57,121 nt of DNA. Source: Nitrospirota bacterium. Lineage in GTDB: Bacteria > UBA2233. Of the stretch, positions 29,408-38,359 are shown one piece after another. The stretch is from contig WOZJ01000060.1 of the NCBI GenBank assembly GCA_011620345.1, positions 1 through 57,121 of the forward strand, given 5' to 3'. The translations under genes and the position numbers were made by a program. Below the pieces are notes generated by a model. It worked only from the letters and a program-made list of their open reading frames with translations, was not told where the DNA came from and searched no databases. Position 1 is the first letter of the stretch. Every line of letters begins with the position of its first letter.

Positions 29408-29727
29408 GCTATGCAGCCTTCCTCGAGTGTTTTCGCGGGATAGGCAAGGCCGCCTTCGAACTGGGGTTCCTCCTTGGTATGGTCGGCATGGCAGGTGGTG
29501 CAGCCGATTTTGGGGCCGGCTTCAAGCCTGGGAGCGCTGTTCGTGGCCTTCGTGAACGCAAGGTAGCGGCCGAGCCTCTCTTTGTTGACGGTAGCAGCCG
29601 GATGGTGGGGCGGGCCCGCCGCCGCGGCGTGGCATCTCAAGCAGTCCGAGCGTACGTGCTGGGTCAAAATCAGGCCGGACAATAGAAGGCAAAGAAACGC
29701 CCTTGCTGCTGCTTTTTGGCATTGCAT
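29389..29727 (-). CDS. Small triheme c-type cytochrome
   Basis: N-terminal hydrophobic segment; CLRCH, CTTCH, CIACH; HHP and DH candidate distal His; 3' end overlaps the start of the next gene. Confidence 0.8.
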   Translation of the reverse strand: MQCQKAAARAFLCLLLSGLILTQHVRSDCLRCHAAAAGPPHHPAATVNKERLGRYLAFTKATNSAPRLEAGPKIGCTTCHADHTKEEPQFEGGLAYPAKTLEEGCIACHFFS

Positions 29728-29783
29728 CGGGTTATAATAACACAAAAAGGTTTGTTGATGATTTTATCTATGGTGTCCTAACT

Positions 29784-30440
29784 ATGCCAGGTTTTCCTTT
29801 AAGCTGCAAGGCCCCGTTTTTGGTGGCCAACGTGCCTTTTCAAATCGAGCAAAGGGCGATCCTGAGGGAGCTTCGTATTCCAAAGGCAAAGAGCTTTGGC
29901 GAGCTGAACGACCCAAAGCTGGAGGCCGAGCTCAGGAGGGCCGTGGACATCGCCTGTACGCTGATCGCAGGGAAGGGGGTCTACCGGACGTTCCCGATCG
30001 AGGCGAAGGACCAAGGGCGCGTTCGGGTGCTGGGCCTGGAGGATGCCTTGGAGAGCCGATCGCTGGCCAAGGTGCTAGAGCATGCGGAGTTCGTGAGCGT
30101 GCTCGTCGCCACGATCGGCCCCAGTCTAGACCAAAGGGTTGAGGAGCTTACCCAGGCCGAGCCGACGCTCGCCTACCTGCTCGATAGGATCGGAGGCTGG
30201 ATGGCCGATTACATGGCCGGAAAGATCGACGAGCGCATCGAGGCGGAGGCCAAAAGGGCCGGTTTTGGCCGAACGATGCGCTATTCACCCGGCTACGGCG
30301 ATTTATCGCTCTCCTACCAGCCCCTTTTGCTCGAAAAGGTCGAAGGCTGGCGAGTAGGGGTGGAGTTGACAGAAGGCTTTATGCTCGTCCCTCAGAAATC
30401 CGTGACAGCGCTGATTGGTTGGGAGGTGGCCCATGCCTAG
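29784..30440 (+). CDS. Stand-alone B12-dependent methionine synthase activation-domain protein
   Basis: ATIG, RYSPGYGDLSL..Q, GVELTE.FMLVPQKSVTALIG. Confidence 0.85.
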   Translation: MPGFPLSCKAPFLVANVPFQIEQRAILRELRIPKAKSFGELNDPKLEAELRRAVDIACTLIAGKGVYRTFPIEAKDQGRVRVLGLEDALESRSLAKVLEHAEFVSVLVATIGPSLDQRVEELTQAEPTLAYLLDRIGGWMADYMAGKIDERIEAEAKRAGFGRTMRYSPGYGDLSLSYQPLLLEKVEGWRVGVELTEGFMLVPQKSVTALIGWEVAHA

Positions 30441-31209
30441 GTTAAGGTCGCTATGCCTTCTTTTTGCCCTTTTTGCAGCTTTTTCGGGCTGTCAGACCGT
30501 GCCCTACACAAACAGGTCTCAGTTGATGCTTATCTCGGAGCCTGAAGAAATCCAGCTTGGCCATCAAGCCTTTGCGGAGGTTCTAAAGCAAGATAAGGTC
30601 TCTAGCAACCCCTCCTACAACGCTCGCGTTCGGAGGGTTGGAAAACGAATTGCCCAGGCGGCCCAGAAGCCCGAGTACAATTGGGAATTTACCGTGCTAG
30701 AATCCAAGCAAGTCAACGCGTTTTGCTTGCCCGGCGGCAAGGTTGCCGTCTACACGGGCCTTTTGAAGATCGTGCCGTCGGATGCCTTGCTGGCCACGGT
30801 AATGTCCCACGAGGTAGCGCATGCGCTTGCAAGGCATGCGGGCGAACGGATGAGCCAGGATTTCCTCGTTCAGCTTACCGGTGCCGGCTTGAGCGCGGGG
30901 CTTGGAGGCCAGAGCAAGGCTATGCGCGAGGGGGTCATGCAGGCCTTTGGGCTCGGCTCGCAGGTAGGCGTGCTCCTACCATACTCGCGCAAGCAAGAAG
31001 AGGAGGCGGACCATATCGGGCTTATTTTGATGGCCAAGGCGGGGTACGACCCGAGGGCTGCGCTCGATTTCTGGCGCAAGATGATGGAGGCCACCAAGGA
31101 TCAGGGCAAGCCCCCAGAGCTCCTCTCGACCCACCCCTCTGACGAGCGCAGGCTTGCAAAGATAGAAAAAGACTTTCTCCCGGAGGCGCTCCAGTACTAC
31201 AAGCGCTGA
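30433..31209 (+). CDS. M48 Zn-metallopeptidase lipoprotein (LoiP/Oma1-like)
   Basis: Lipobox FSGC, VNAFCLPGG, HEVAH, EEEADHIG, STHP. Confidence 0.92.
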   Translation: MPRLRSLCLLFALFAAFSGCQTVPYTNRSQLMLISEPEEIQLGHQAFAEVLKQDKVSSNPSYNARVRRVGKRIAQAAQKPEYNWEFTVLESKQVNAFCLPGGKVAVYTGLLKIVPSDALLATVMSHEVAHALARHAGERMSQDFLVQLTGAGLSAGLGGQSKAMREGVMQAFGLGSQVGVLLPYSRKQEEEADHIGLILMAKAGYDPRAALDFWRKMMEATKDQGKPPELLSTHPSDERRLAKIEKDFLPEALQYYKR

Positions 31210-31414
31210 TTCCGGCGTAACGGGAGGGTAGACTGAACGAGGAATAAAGCCNNNNNNNNNNNNNNNNNNNNNNNNNNNNNNNNNNNNNNNNNNNNNNNNN
31301 NNNNNNNNNNNNNNNNNNNNNNNNNNNNNNNNNNNNNNNNNNNNNNNNNNNCTACAAGCGCTGATTCCGGCGTAACGGGAGGGTAGACTGAACGAGGAAT
31401 AAAGCCTCCGCGGG

Positions 31415-31621
31415 TTAAGACTTAAGCAGCATGATCTCTGTAGATTTAATAACGGCGCTTATCTCGTCTCCCACCTTAACGCCCATCTCTTCGATCGCAT
31501 CGCGGGTAATGACGGACGTAATCTTCTGACCGCCGATGTCCAAGACGACCTCGCCCACGATCTGGCCGAGCTTTACTTCCGTGACCTTGCCCTTGAGCGT
31601 GTTCCTGGCGGAAAGCTTCAT
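31415..31621 (-). CDS. TOBE-domain molybdate-binding protein (molbindin/Mop)
   Basis: MKLSARNTLKGKV...SVIT...AVIKSTE; GGAGG RBS. Confidence 0.9.
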   Translation of the reverse strand: MKLSARNTLKGKVTEVKLGQIVGEVVLDIGGQKITSVITRDAIEEMGVKVGDEISAVIKSTEIMLLKS

Positions 31622-31699
31622 GATTCCTCCACTTTTTCTTTGAATGAATGGCCAAACTCCAAAAGAGCCTTTTTAGCATACAGGAGACCACTTTGCGGG

Positions 31700-32185
31700 T
31701 CAAACGCCCTTTGTTCGCCTACGAGAGATTTTAAAACCAAGCAAGGCCGAGGCCAACGATAGCCCGGCTGCCAGCGCAACCTTGGCCTGAGAAATCGGGT
31801 GGGGAGTAGGCCTTCCTTTCTGGAGCAGCTCCAGCCGGTCTGCGTGGATGTCGAGCTCCCCCCCGTGTTTAGGGCAGCCCGCATGGAACACCCCCGTTAC
31901 CCTGAAGGCGTCCCCTTTGAGTTCGTAGCCTCCAAGGAGGCGTATATCCTTTGCGAGGCTTGTCGGAAAAAAACAGCCGATGGCTGCCGTCGTATCCAAA
32001 AAATTCACCCAGGTGCCATGCTTGGCATGGAGCCTGTCTCCGATCGCCTCCGCTTCGATTGAGACCTCTTGGCCGTCGTAGCGAGCCGGATCCGCAAGGA
32101 GGGAGGCTACGTTTACCGAGACAGGCTGACCTAAAATTGGAACGGGCAGGCCAAGGAGGAAAAGGGCGAATAGGACGCGTTTCAT
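31700..32185 (-). CDS. Exported OB-fold-like protein with a C-terminal TM anchor
   Basis: Signal peptide, LLADPARYDGQEV...GD.FRVTGVF..C..HGG, C-terminal hydrophobic segment; ATGA overlap with trkH. Confidence 0.65.
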   Translation of the reverse strand: MKRVLFALFLLGLPVPILGQPVSVNVASLLADPARYDGQEVSIEAEAIGDRLHAKHGTWVNFLDTTAAIGCFFPTSLAKDIRLLGGYELKGDAFRVTGVFHAGCPKHGGELDIHADRLELLQKGRPTPHPISQAKVALAAGLSLASALLGFKISRRRTKGV

Positions 32186-33711
32186 GGCCTGCCGAACGAA
32201 AATATGCTGGATTTAAGCGCTCCTAAAAGGTAGCCCACGAGCACGAGCACGGAGAGGAATTCCATCCTGGCAACGAAGAAGATCAAGATGAACGCGACCT
32301 TCAAGATCCAAGGCTCGGAGGCCTGCGTGATGCCTACCGAAAGCCCCGTATTGCCCGTTGCCGAGGCAACCTCGAATATCGACAGCGAGATCGGATTGCC
32401 AAGGGCCGTAGTCAAGATAACGCCCCCTAAGAACGTTAGAATGTACAGAAGCACGATAAGCGCGCTTGAGCGGACAATGGCATCGTCCAAAACAACGTCC
32501 CGGTAAAAGTGAATTTTCTCGATCACGACAGCCCTTTCGGGCCTTAGCAGACGCTTGAGTTCCTGGGACAGCGCCTTGAAGAGGGTGCCTACCCGGATGC
32601 CCTTGAACCCGCCAGCCGTCGAGCTGGCCGAGGCCCCAAAGAGCATCGCAAGGGAAGCGCCAAACAACGCCGTGTCTCCCCAGGTTTTCGCCATGGCCGG
32701 CGCGTAGACGGGCTGGAGCCCTGTCGTCGTCTGGGCAGAGATGAACGTGTAGGCCACTCGCCGGAATACGCCGAGCGGGCCGGCCAGCCCTCCTTCCAGC
32801 GGAATGGCCGCGATGCCGATCAGGAAGGTTAGGACAAGAACGGTCACGAACACGACGGTCTCGATATTCTTGAAAATTTCCTTTCGGTTGCCCGTCCAGG
32901 CGGCGTAGTGCAGGCCGAAGTTCATCGAGCCTGCGATCATGATGGGAATGGTCACGGCCTCGTACAGGAGGCTGTGGTAGTACACGATATTTTGAGAGTT
33001 CGGTGCAAACCCCCCCGTGCTCCAGGCGGACATGAAGATCCAGACGCCATGTAGCAGCGCGGGAACGGGACGGAGGCCGATCCAGAGGCCGACCAGGAAC
33101 ATGGCGAGCGTTCCCAAGAGCAGGTATACGAGGCTGATCTCCCAGATGGCCAACGCCGTGCCGCCGACGCTTGGAAGGAGCCTTTGATCCTTGGCCTCTC
33201 CCGCGTAGAGCTTGAAGGCGCCGGGGTTGCTCCTGGCTAGCAGCGTAAGCGCGAGCACGACCATCCCCTGGCCGCCCAGGAACGTAAGCAGGTGCCGCCA
33301 CATGTTGAGCGCGTTGCTGGCATGATCGAGATCCTGGATTAACACGAGGCCCGTCGTCGTGAACCCGCTCATGACGTCGAAGCAGGCATCCAGGTACGAC
33401 CCAAAATGACCGCTCAAGTAGTAGGGAAAGGCCGCAAGGAACATGCAAACGACCCAGGAAAGCGCGCTCGCGGCGAAGCCTTCCATCCAAGAAAGCTCCC
33501 TTTGGGCGGGCCGAGTCAAAAGGATCATCGCAAGGCCGACAAAGAGCGCAAGCGCCGTTCCCGCCCAGAAGTTCACAAAGTCCGGCCATTCCTGAAAGGT
33601 TAGGGCCGTCAAGAGGGGAATGGTCATAATTAGGCCAAGCCAGAGCGTGACCCAGCCCGCATAGTAGACAACGGCGCTACTTTTTGCTTGACCTACAGGC
33701 CCGTTGGCCAT
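32182..33711 (-). CDS. trkH: TrkH potassium uptake membrane subunit
   Basis: Four pore motifs SGFTTTG, SAWSTGG, SAQTTTG, SATGNTG; STAGGFKGIR; ARME. Confidence 0.93.
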   Translation of the reverse strand: MANGPVGQAKSSAVVYYAGWVTLWLGLIMTIPLLTALTFQEWPDFVNFWAGTALALFVGLAMILLTRPAQRELSWMEGFAASALSWVVCMFLAAFPYYLSGHFGSYLDACFDVMSGFTTTGLVLIQDLDHASNALNMWRHLLTFLGGQGMVVLALTLLARSNPGAFKLYAGEAKDQRLLPSVGGTALAIWEISLVYLLLGTLAMFLVGLWIGLRPVPALLHGVWIFMSAWSTGGFAPNSQNIVYYHSLLYEAVTIPIMIAGSMNFGLHYAAWTGNRKEIFKNIETVVFVTVLVLTFLIGIAAIPLEGGLAGPLGVFRRVAYTFISAQTTTGLQPVYAPAMAKTWGDTALFGASLAMLFGASASSTAGGFKGIRVGTLFKALSQELKRLLRPERAVVIEKIHFYRDVVLDDAIVRSSALIVLLYILTFLGGVILTTALGNPISLSIFEVASATGNTGLSVGITQASEPWILKVAFILIFFVARMEFLSVLVLVGYLLGALKSSIFSFGRP

Positions 33712-33887
33712 ACCCCCCTCAGCATGATCACGACGCTTCCCAATAAGAAGAGCAGCAAAGCGAGCAGTAGCGAAAAAAGAACCTCCGAGAGGATGCCAAG
33801 CGCGATTTTCGCCCCTCCGACGCCTTGCCAGCGGCCTCGGAAGGTCCTTTGAAGCCAGCCCCTAGCGGGCTTTCTTGCCGAAGGCAT
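33693..33887 (-). CDS. Small single-TM hypothetical protein (about 64 aa)
   Basis: Fills the trkA-trkH gap and overlaps both genes; basic N-terminus, then IALGILSEVLFSLLLALLLFLLGSVVIML. Confidence 0.5.
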   Translation of the reverse strand: MPSARKPARGWLQRTFRGRWQGVGGAKIALGILSEVLFSLLLALLLFLLGSVVIMLRGVWPTGL

Positions 33888-34533
33888 CTTCGAGCTTTCC
33901 TTTGGCCTCTGGCTTGGCAAGAAGTAGGAGCGTATCCGAGGGCTCCAGCTTAGTGTCCCCCCTCGGCAGGATGGCTTGGCCGCCCCTCAAGACCATGGCG
34001 ACAATGCTGGCCTTGGGCAGGTGCTTGGAGAGAGTTTCGATGGTTTTGCCAGCCAGCGAGGAGTCCGGTTCGAGCTCGACCTCGATCATCTCCATCCCAA
34101 CTTCTTCCAAGCGAAGGAGGCTTTTGAGGCGGCTAAAGCCGATCTCGCGCTCAATTAGGCTTGCGATGATCGAGGTCGAAGAGACCGCCTCGTCCAGCCC
34201 CAAGAGCTTGAATATTTTTTCGTTTTCTGGGTTGTTGACCCGCGCGATCACTTTTTTGATGCCGAACTTGAGCTTGGCTATCTGACAGACCAGAAGGTTC
34301 TCCTCGTCCAGGCCGGTGACTGCGGCCAGCACGTCGGCCTCGTCCGCCCTGGCATCCGCAAGCGTATGAGGGTGGGCGCTGTCCCCAAGGATAACTTCGA
34401 TGTCGAGCTTTTCCGCGACCCGGCGCGCGTGTGCCTCGTCGCGCTCGATTACGATCACCTCGTGCCCCGCGCGCTTGAGTTCGCGGGCCAAATAGTAGCC
34501 GACCTTTCCACCGCCGACGACGATCGAGCGCAT
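33862..34533 (-). CDS. trkA: TrkA/KtrA RCK regulatory subunit
   Basis: VVGGGKVG Rossmann motif, AVTGLDEENL, IARV, C-terminal TrkA_C (ILPRGDTKL). Confidence 0.92.
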   Translation of the reverse strand: MRSIVVGGGKVGYYLARELKRAGHEVIVIERDEAHARRVAEKLDIEVILGDSAHPHTLADARADEADVLAAVTGLDEENLLVCQIAKLKFGIKKVIARVNNPENEKIFKLLGLDEAVSSTSIIASLIEREIGFSRLKSLLRLEEVGMEMIEVELEPDSSLAGKTIETLSKHLPKASIVAMVLRGGQAILPRGDTKLEPSDTLLLLAKPEAKGKLEDAFGKKAR

Positions 34534-35196
34534 TTAGAACTCCTCCTGGGCGATCCCAAAGATTTCCGGGATGGCGTCCTTTAGGTCGACACGTACGAGG
34601 CAGTAGAGCGTGTCGCCTTCTTGGAGCGCGTCGGAGGCGCGGGCAAGAATCGCCCTTCCTTGACGAAGGAGGGCGGCGATATGGAACTTGCCCTTGAGCT
34701 CGAACTCCTCGATACGCCTGCCAGAAAGGCTCTTGGGAGCGTTCAGGCTGATGAGCTCGATTTCTCCCGCGCCAAGCGAGAGCAGCCGAAGCACGCCGCC
34801 TAGCCTTAGGGCATAGCGGGCCTGCACCACGCCGATGTCCGTCAGGCAAAGCGCCTCTATGCCCTTTGCCTGGGCGATCTCGATACGCGAGTGGTCGTAA
34901 AGCCTGGCCATCACACGCTCGACGCCGAACACGGACTTGGCGATCTGGGCGGCCATCAGGTTGACCGAGTCCGAAGAGGTGAGTGCAAGGAGCGCATCGG
35001 CCCGTTCGATTCCGGCCTCTCGCAGTATCTCTTCGTCGATCCCGTTGCCCCTTTGGGTCATGCCGTTGAACCCGGCTGGTAGCAGCCGAAAGCTCAGCTC
35101 GTTGCGGTCGATCACGACCACGTCGTGGCCGTCCTGGGAGAGCGTATCGGCCATCTCGCTCCCAAAAGCCCCGCAGCCGACGATCAGGATGTACAC
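34534..35196 (-). CDS. trkA: Second TrkA/KtrA RCK regulatory subunit
   Basis: IVGCGAFG, VVVID, ALTSSDSVN, TrkA_C domain. Confidence 0.9.
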   Translation of the reverse strand: MYILIVGCGAFGSEMADTLSQDGHDVVVIDRNELSFRLLPAGFNGMTQRGNGIDEEILREAGIERADALLALTSSDSVNLMAAQIAKSVFGVERVMARLYDHSRIEIAQAKGIEALCLTDIGVVQARYALRLGGVLRLLSLGAGEIELISLNAPKSLSGRRIEEFELKGKFHIAALLRQGRAILARASDALQEGDTLYCLVRVDLKDAIPEIFGIAQEEF

Positions 35197-35208
35197 CGGC
35201 TATTTCCT

Positions 35209-35922
35209 CTAGGCGTTTTCTGACGGCTCACTCTCGAGCTTGAAGTCATGGCCTCTTCTGGCCCGTTCGAGCGTCCGGTTAAGGTTAAACTGTGCGGGCT
35301 CGTAGGATTCATCCAAGGCAAGCGCTGCCTCGTACATCCGCTGGGCCTCGGCAATATCGCCTGCAAGCTCGAACACGACGCCCAAAAGGTTGAACGGCTC
35401 GGCCCGCGTAGGATCGAGCGCACAGGCTCGTTTCAAGTATTCTGGGGCCTTTGTCCAGTCGTGCTGCGTGATGGCATTCTTGGCCATTCCCAGGGACTCT
35501 TCGAAGGTGTCCACCTTTTCAGCGGGCTTTGCAACGAGCCTGCTCCTGGTCAGCACGGATTTTACGATAGCGCGGATCTCCTCCGGCGTAAAGGGCTTTT
35601 GTAGGTAATCGACCGCGCCCAGTCGCACCGCCGAGGCTGCCGTCTCGACCGTGGCGAAGGCCGTCATGACGATGACGGGTTGGCCAGGCTTGCGCTTTTT
35701 GACCCTTCTTAGCGCCTCCATCCCGTCGAGGCCGGGCATCTTGAGGTCCAAAAGGACAAGATCGAATACCCCATCGGAAAACTTCTTTAGCGCGTGCTCG
35801 CCGTCCACGGCGGTCACGACTTCGTAGCCCTCCACCCCAAGCGCCTGGTCGACCAGCAGGCGGATGTTGGGCTCATCGTCCGCCACGAGAATCCTGGGCT
35901 TGCGCGGGTCTAAACTGGCCAT
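35209..35922 (-). CDS. Response regulator with REC and C-terminal TPR domains
   Basis: ADDE, LLDLKMP, MTA, QKPF; then ALDPTRAEPFNLLGVVFE...YEAALALDESYEPAQFNL TPR; no HTH. Confidence 0.88.
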   Translation of the reverse strand: MASLDPRKPRILVADDEPNIRLLVDQALGVEGYEVVTAVDGEHALKKFSDGVFDLVLLDLKMPGLDGMEALRRVKKRKPGQPVIVMTAFATVETAASAVRLGAVDYLQKPFTPEEIRAIVKSVLTRSRLVAKPAEKVDTFEESLGMAKNAITQHDWTKAPEYLKRACALDPTRAEPFNLLGVVFELAGDIAEAQRMYEAALALDESYEPAQFNLNRTLERARRGHDFKLESEPSENA

Positions 35923-35934
35923 GGCATTCCTCCT

Positions 35935-36297
35935 TCAGCCGGTGTTCAGCGTTGCATTGACCGCATCGAGGAGTTCCTTGGGCTCGAAAGGCTTTATGAG
36001 CACGTGCTCGGCCCCCTCGAGTCCTTCAATGTTCGGGTTGGCTGAAATCATGATGATCTTGACCTGGCAGGTCCTGGGGTCTTCCTTGAGCGCCTTGGCG
36101 ACCAGGGTTCCGCTGACCTTTGGGATGACCATGTCGAGAAGAACGAGGTCCGGCCTTAGCTTGTGAGCCAAAAGGAGCGCTTCGAGCCCGTCGTGTGCGG
36201 TGTTGACCAGAAAGCCTTGCTTTTTCAGACACAACGAAATGGCAAGCGCCGTGTTTTGGTCGTCCTCGACGACGAGAACGGTTGTAGGCTTTTTCAT
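35935..36297 (-). CDS. Single-domain response regulator
   Basis: VEDD, LLDMVIP, ISA, IKPF; 120 aa. Confidence 0.9.
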   Translation of the reverse strand: MKKPTTVLVVEDDQNTALAISLCLKKQGFLVNTAHDGLEALLLAHKLRPDLVLLDMVIPKVSGTLVAKALKEDPRTCQVKIIMISANPNIEGLEGAEHVLIKPFEPKELLDAVNATLNTG

Positions 36298-38153
36298 TAT
36301 CGCCCCTCAAGTGGAGCACTTTTTGGGACGGTGAAGAAAAACGTGGAGCCTGAACCGGATACGCTCTCGACCCAGATTCTGCCGCCGTGGGCCTCGACCA
36401 CATCTCGCGCGATCGCAAGCCCGATCCCAAGCGCCCCCGATGGCCCTGAGCCCTCAATCTGGCTGAAGCGGTGGAAGATGGCCTCCTGCTGCTCTTTTGG
36501 GATACCGACCCCTGTATCCTGCACCCAAAACGCTACAAAGGCGCCCTGGTCTTTCAACCCAATCCGGATTGTCCCTCCTTCTTGCGTGTAGCGCAGCGCG
36601 TTCCCTATAAGGTTGGAGAACACCCACAAGATTTTTGGGTCAGCCCATACCCATAAGGGGCTGGGGGGAGGCTCCAAGACAAGGCTTACCCCCCTTTCCT
36701 TGGCCTGGGCCGCGAACAAGCGCTCTGCTTGCTGAAGCAAAGAAGCGGCGTTCTCGCTTGCGAAGCGCATCGGGATCTTGCCCACCTCGATCCTGGAGAG
36801 GTCGATCAGGTCTGCAACGATACGCCTCAATCTTAAGGCATCCTCGCGAACGGCCACAACGAGGCGCTTTTCCGTGGAACCCTCCGGGATGAGCTCGCTT
36901 TCAGCCAGAAGTCCGGCGCCCATCAAGATGGATGTCAACGGGGTCCTTAACTCGTGCGAGGCGCTTTGGAAGAACTCTGTCTTGAGCTGGTCGAGCTCTT
37001 TGAGTTTTGTGATGTCGCTGAAGATCAAAACGGCCTTGCTCGGTTCGTTAGGCTCCTGCTGGAGCCGACTGATTCTTAGCAAAAAATGCTTGGACGTGCC
37101 CATAGGGCAGCTAAGGCGCATCGTCCTTTCAAAATGGGGTTCGTTGGCCGCGTAAGGGCTTTGCTCGTTGCCGAGCGCTTCTTTAAGCAAGGCGTAAGGC
37201 TCTTCGGCCTTCAGCTCGAGCAGGTGCTTTCCTTGGATGGCATGCACTGTAAGCCCCCAGATGTCTGCCGCCGCCTTGTTGGCGAGCGTGATGGTGCCCG
37301 AAGCGTCCGCAACCAAGATGCCGTCCCGGATACCCTCGAGCACCTGCTCCAAGCGTTTTTGCCCCAGAAGGAGGCGCTCGGTGTTCTTGTGCTCCCGGCT
37401 CTCGAGGGCCTCTATGAGCCCGTTGAAGGCGCATGCAAGCTGCCCGACCTCATCGGCCGATTTGACCGGGATCTTTCCGGTATGGCCGCCGTCCGCCAGG
37501 TCTTTCAAGGAACGCTCCAGCCTTTGAAGGCTTGAAAAAACCCTGCGACCCCAGGCCATCATGAGCCCTAAAGATGCCGCATTACCGACTAAAAAGACGA
37601 ATACGACGAACAAGGCTAGGTTTCTAGAGCGGGCCCTTAGCGTGATACGGGTACGCTCGGTCTGTCTTTGGATCAACGCCTGGAGGTCGTTGCCCGCTTG
37701 CCTTGCCGCCATGAAGGCGGGGTACATCTTGGAGAGGTAGAACTCGGTGCGCGGTGTTGTGGAGCCCTCGAGGGCAAGCCCGCCTAGCTTGAAGAAGCCC
37801 TCGGAGTAAGCCTGAGATTTCATGCCGAGCACGTCAAGCAGCCCGGTCTCGCTCGCGAGCATCGCGCTTTCCTTGGCCTTTGCATACCAACCAAGGAACT
37901 CTTGCTGGCTTTTTAAGAACAGCCGGGTTCCGAGCTCTTGCTTGCCAAGAAGGTACAAAAGGGCGGCGCTGTCCTGCCGCTCGAGCGCGGCCACCATCTT
38001 TTCTGCGGCGTTGCTGACCTTGGCGTTGCGCGTCAAGAGCCGCTCTGTCGTCCTCTGGAGTGTCTGGATGCCACAAAGCCCGGAAAGCCCGACAACGGCC
38101 GAGACGAGTCCCATCAAGGTGCAGCCAAGCGCAAGGCGTACTTTCAGGCTCAC
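36297..38153 (-). CDS. Membrane sensor histidine kinase (periplasmic helical sensor, HAMP, PAS, HisKA, HATPase)
   Basis: Two TM segments, DEVGQLA.AFN (HAMP), PAS, SHELRTPL, NLIGNALRY, DTGVGI, GIGL. Confidence 0.93.
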   Translation of the reverse strand: MSLKVRLALGCTLMGLVSAVVGLSGLCGIQTLQRTTERLLTRNAKVSNAAEKMVAALERQDSAALLYLLGKQELGTRLFLKSQQEFLGWYAKAKESAMLASETGLLDVLGMKSQAYSEGFFKLGGLALEGSTTPRTEFYLSKMYPAFMAARQAGNDLQALIQRQTERTRITLRARSRNLALFVVFVFLVGNAASLGLMMAWGRRVFSSLQRLERSLKDLADGGHTGKIPVKSADEVGQLACAFNGLIEALESREHKNTERLLLGQKRLEQVLEGIRDGILVADASGTITLANKAAADIWGLTVHAIQGKHLLELKAEEPYALLKEALGNEQSPYAANEPHFERTMRLSCPMGTSKHFLLRISRLQQEPNEPSKAVLIFSDITKLKELDQLKTEFFQSASHELRTPLTSILMGAGLLAESELIPEGSTEKRLVVAVREDALRLRRIVADLIDLSRIEVGKIPMRFASENAASLLQQAERLFAAQAKERGVSLVLEPPPSPLWVWADPKILWVFSNLIGNALRYTQEGGTIRIGLKDQGAFVAFWVQDTGVGIPKEQQEAIFHRFSQIEGSGPSGALGIGLAIARDVVEAHGGRIWVESVSGSGSTFFFTVPKSAPLEGR

Positions 38154-38359
38154 GAGAGGATAGGGTCTTTTTGGTCGAGCTCAAGAAGCGCCCGAAACGA
38201 CAGAGTTTCGCGTCTTGCCGCCGCTTTTCTATAAAGAGGGGTATGCCTTGGATGACGTATTTTTGTGCAGGGCTTGAGAGTGTGGAACATCAAGAAGTAT
38301 TATAACGTCTTAGGTTTGAAAACAAGAGGATTGGTCCGGAATCCAAGAGGGCGGCGGGT

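Noticed and set aside
31197-31406. 55-bp direct repeat flanking an N gap
   Set aside because: Same assembly artefact.
32213-33589. 458-aa alternative-frame ORF inside trkH
   Set aside because: Arg/Pro/Gly-rich with no recognisable motifs; expected shadow ORF of a GC-rich membrane-protein gene.
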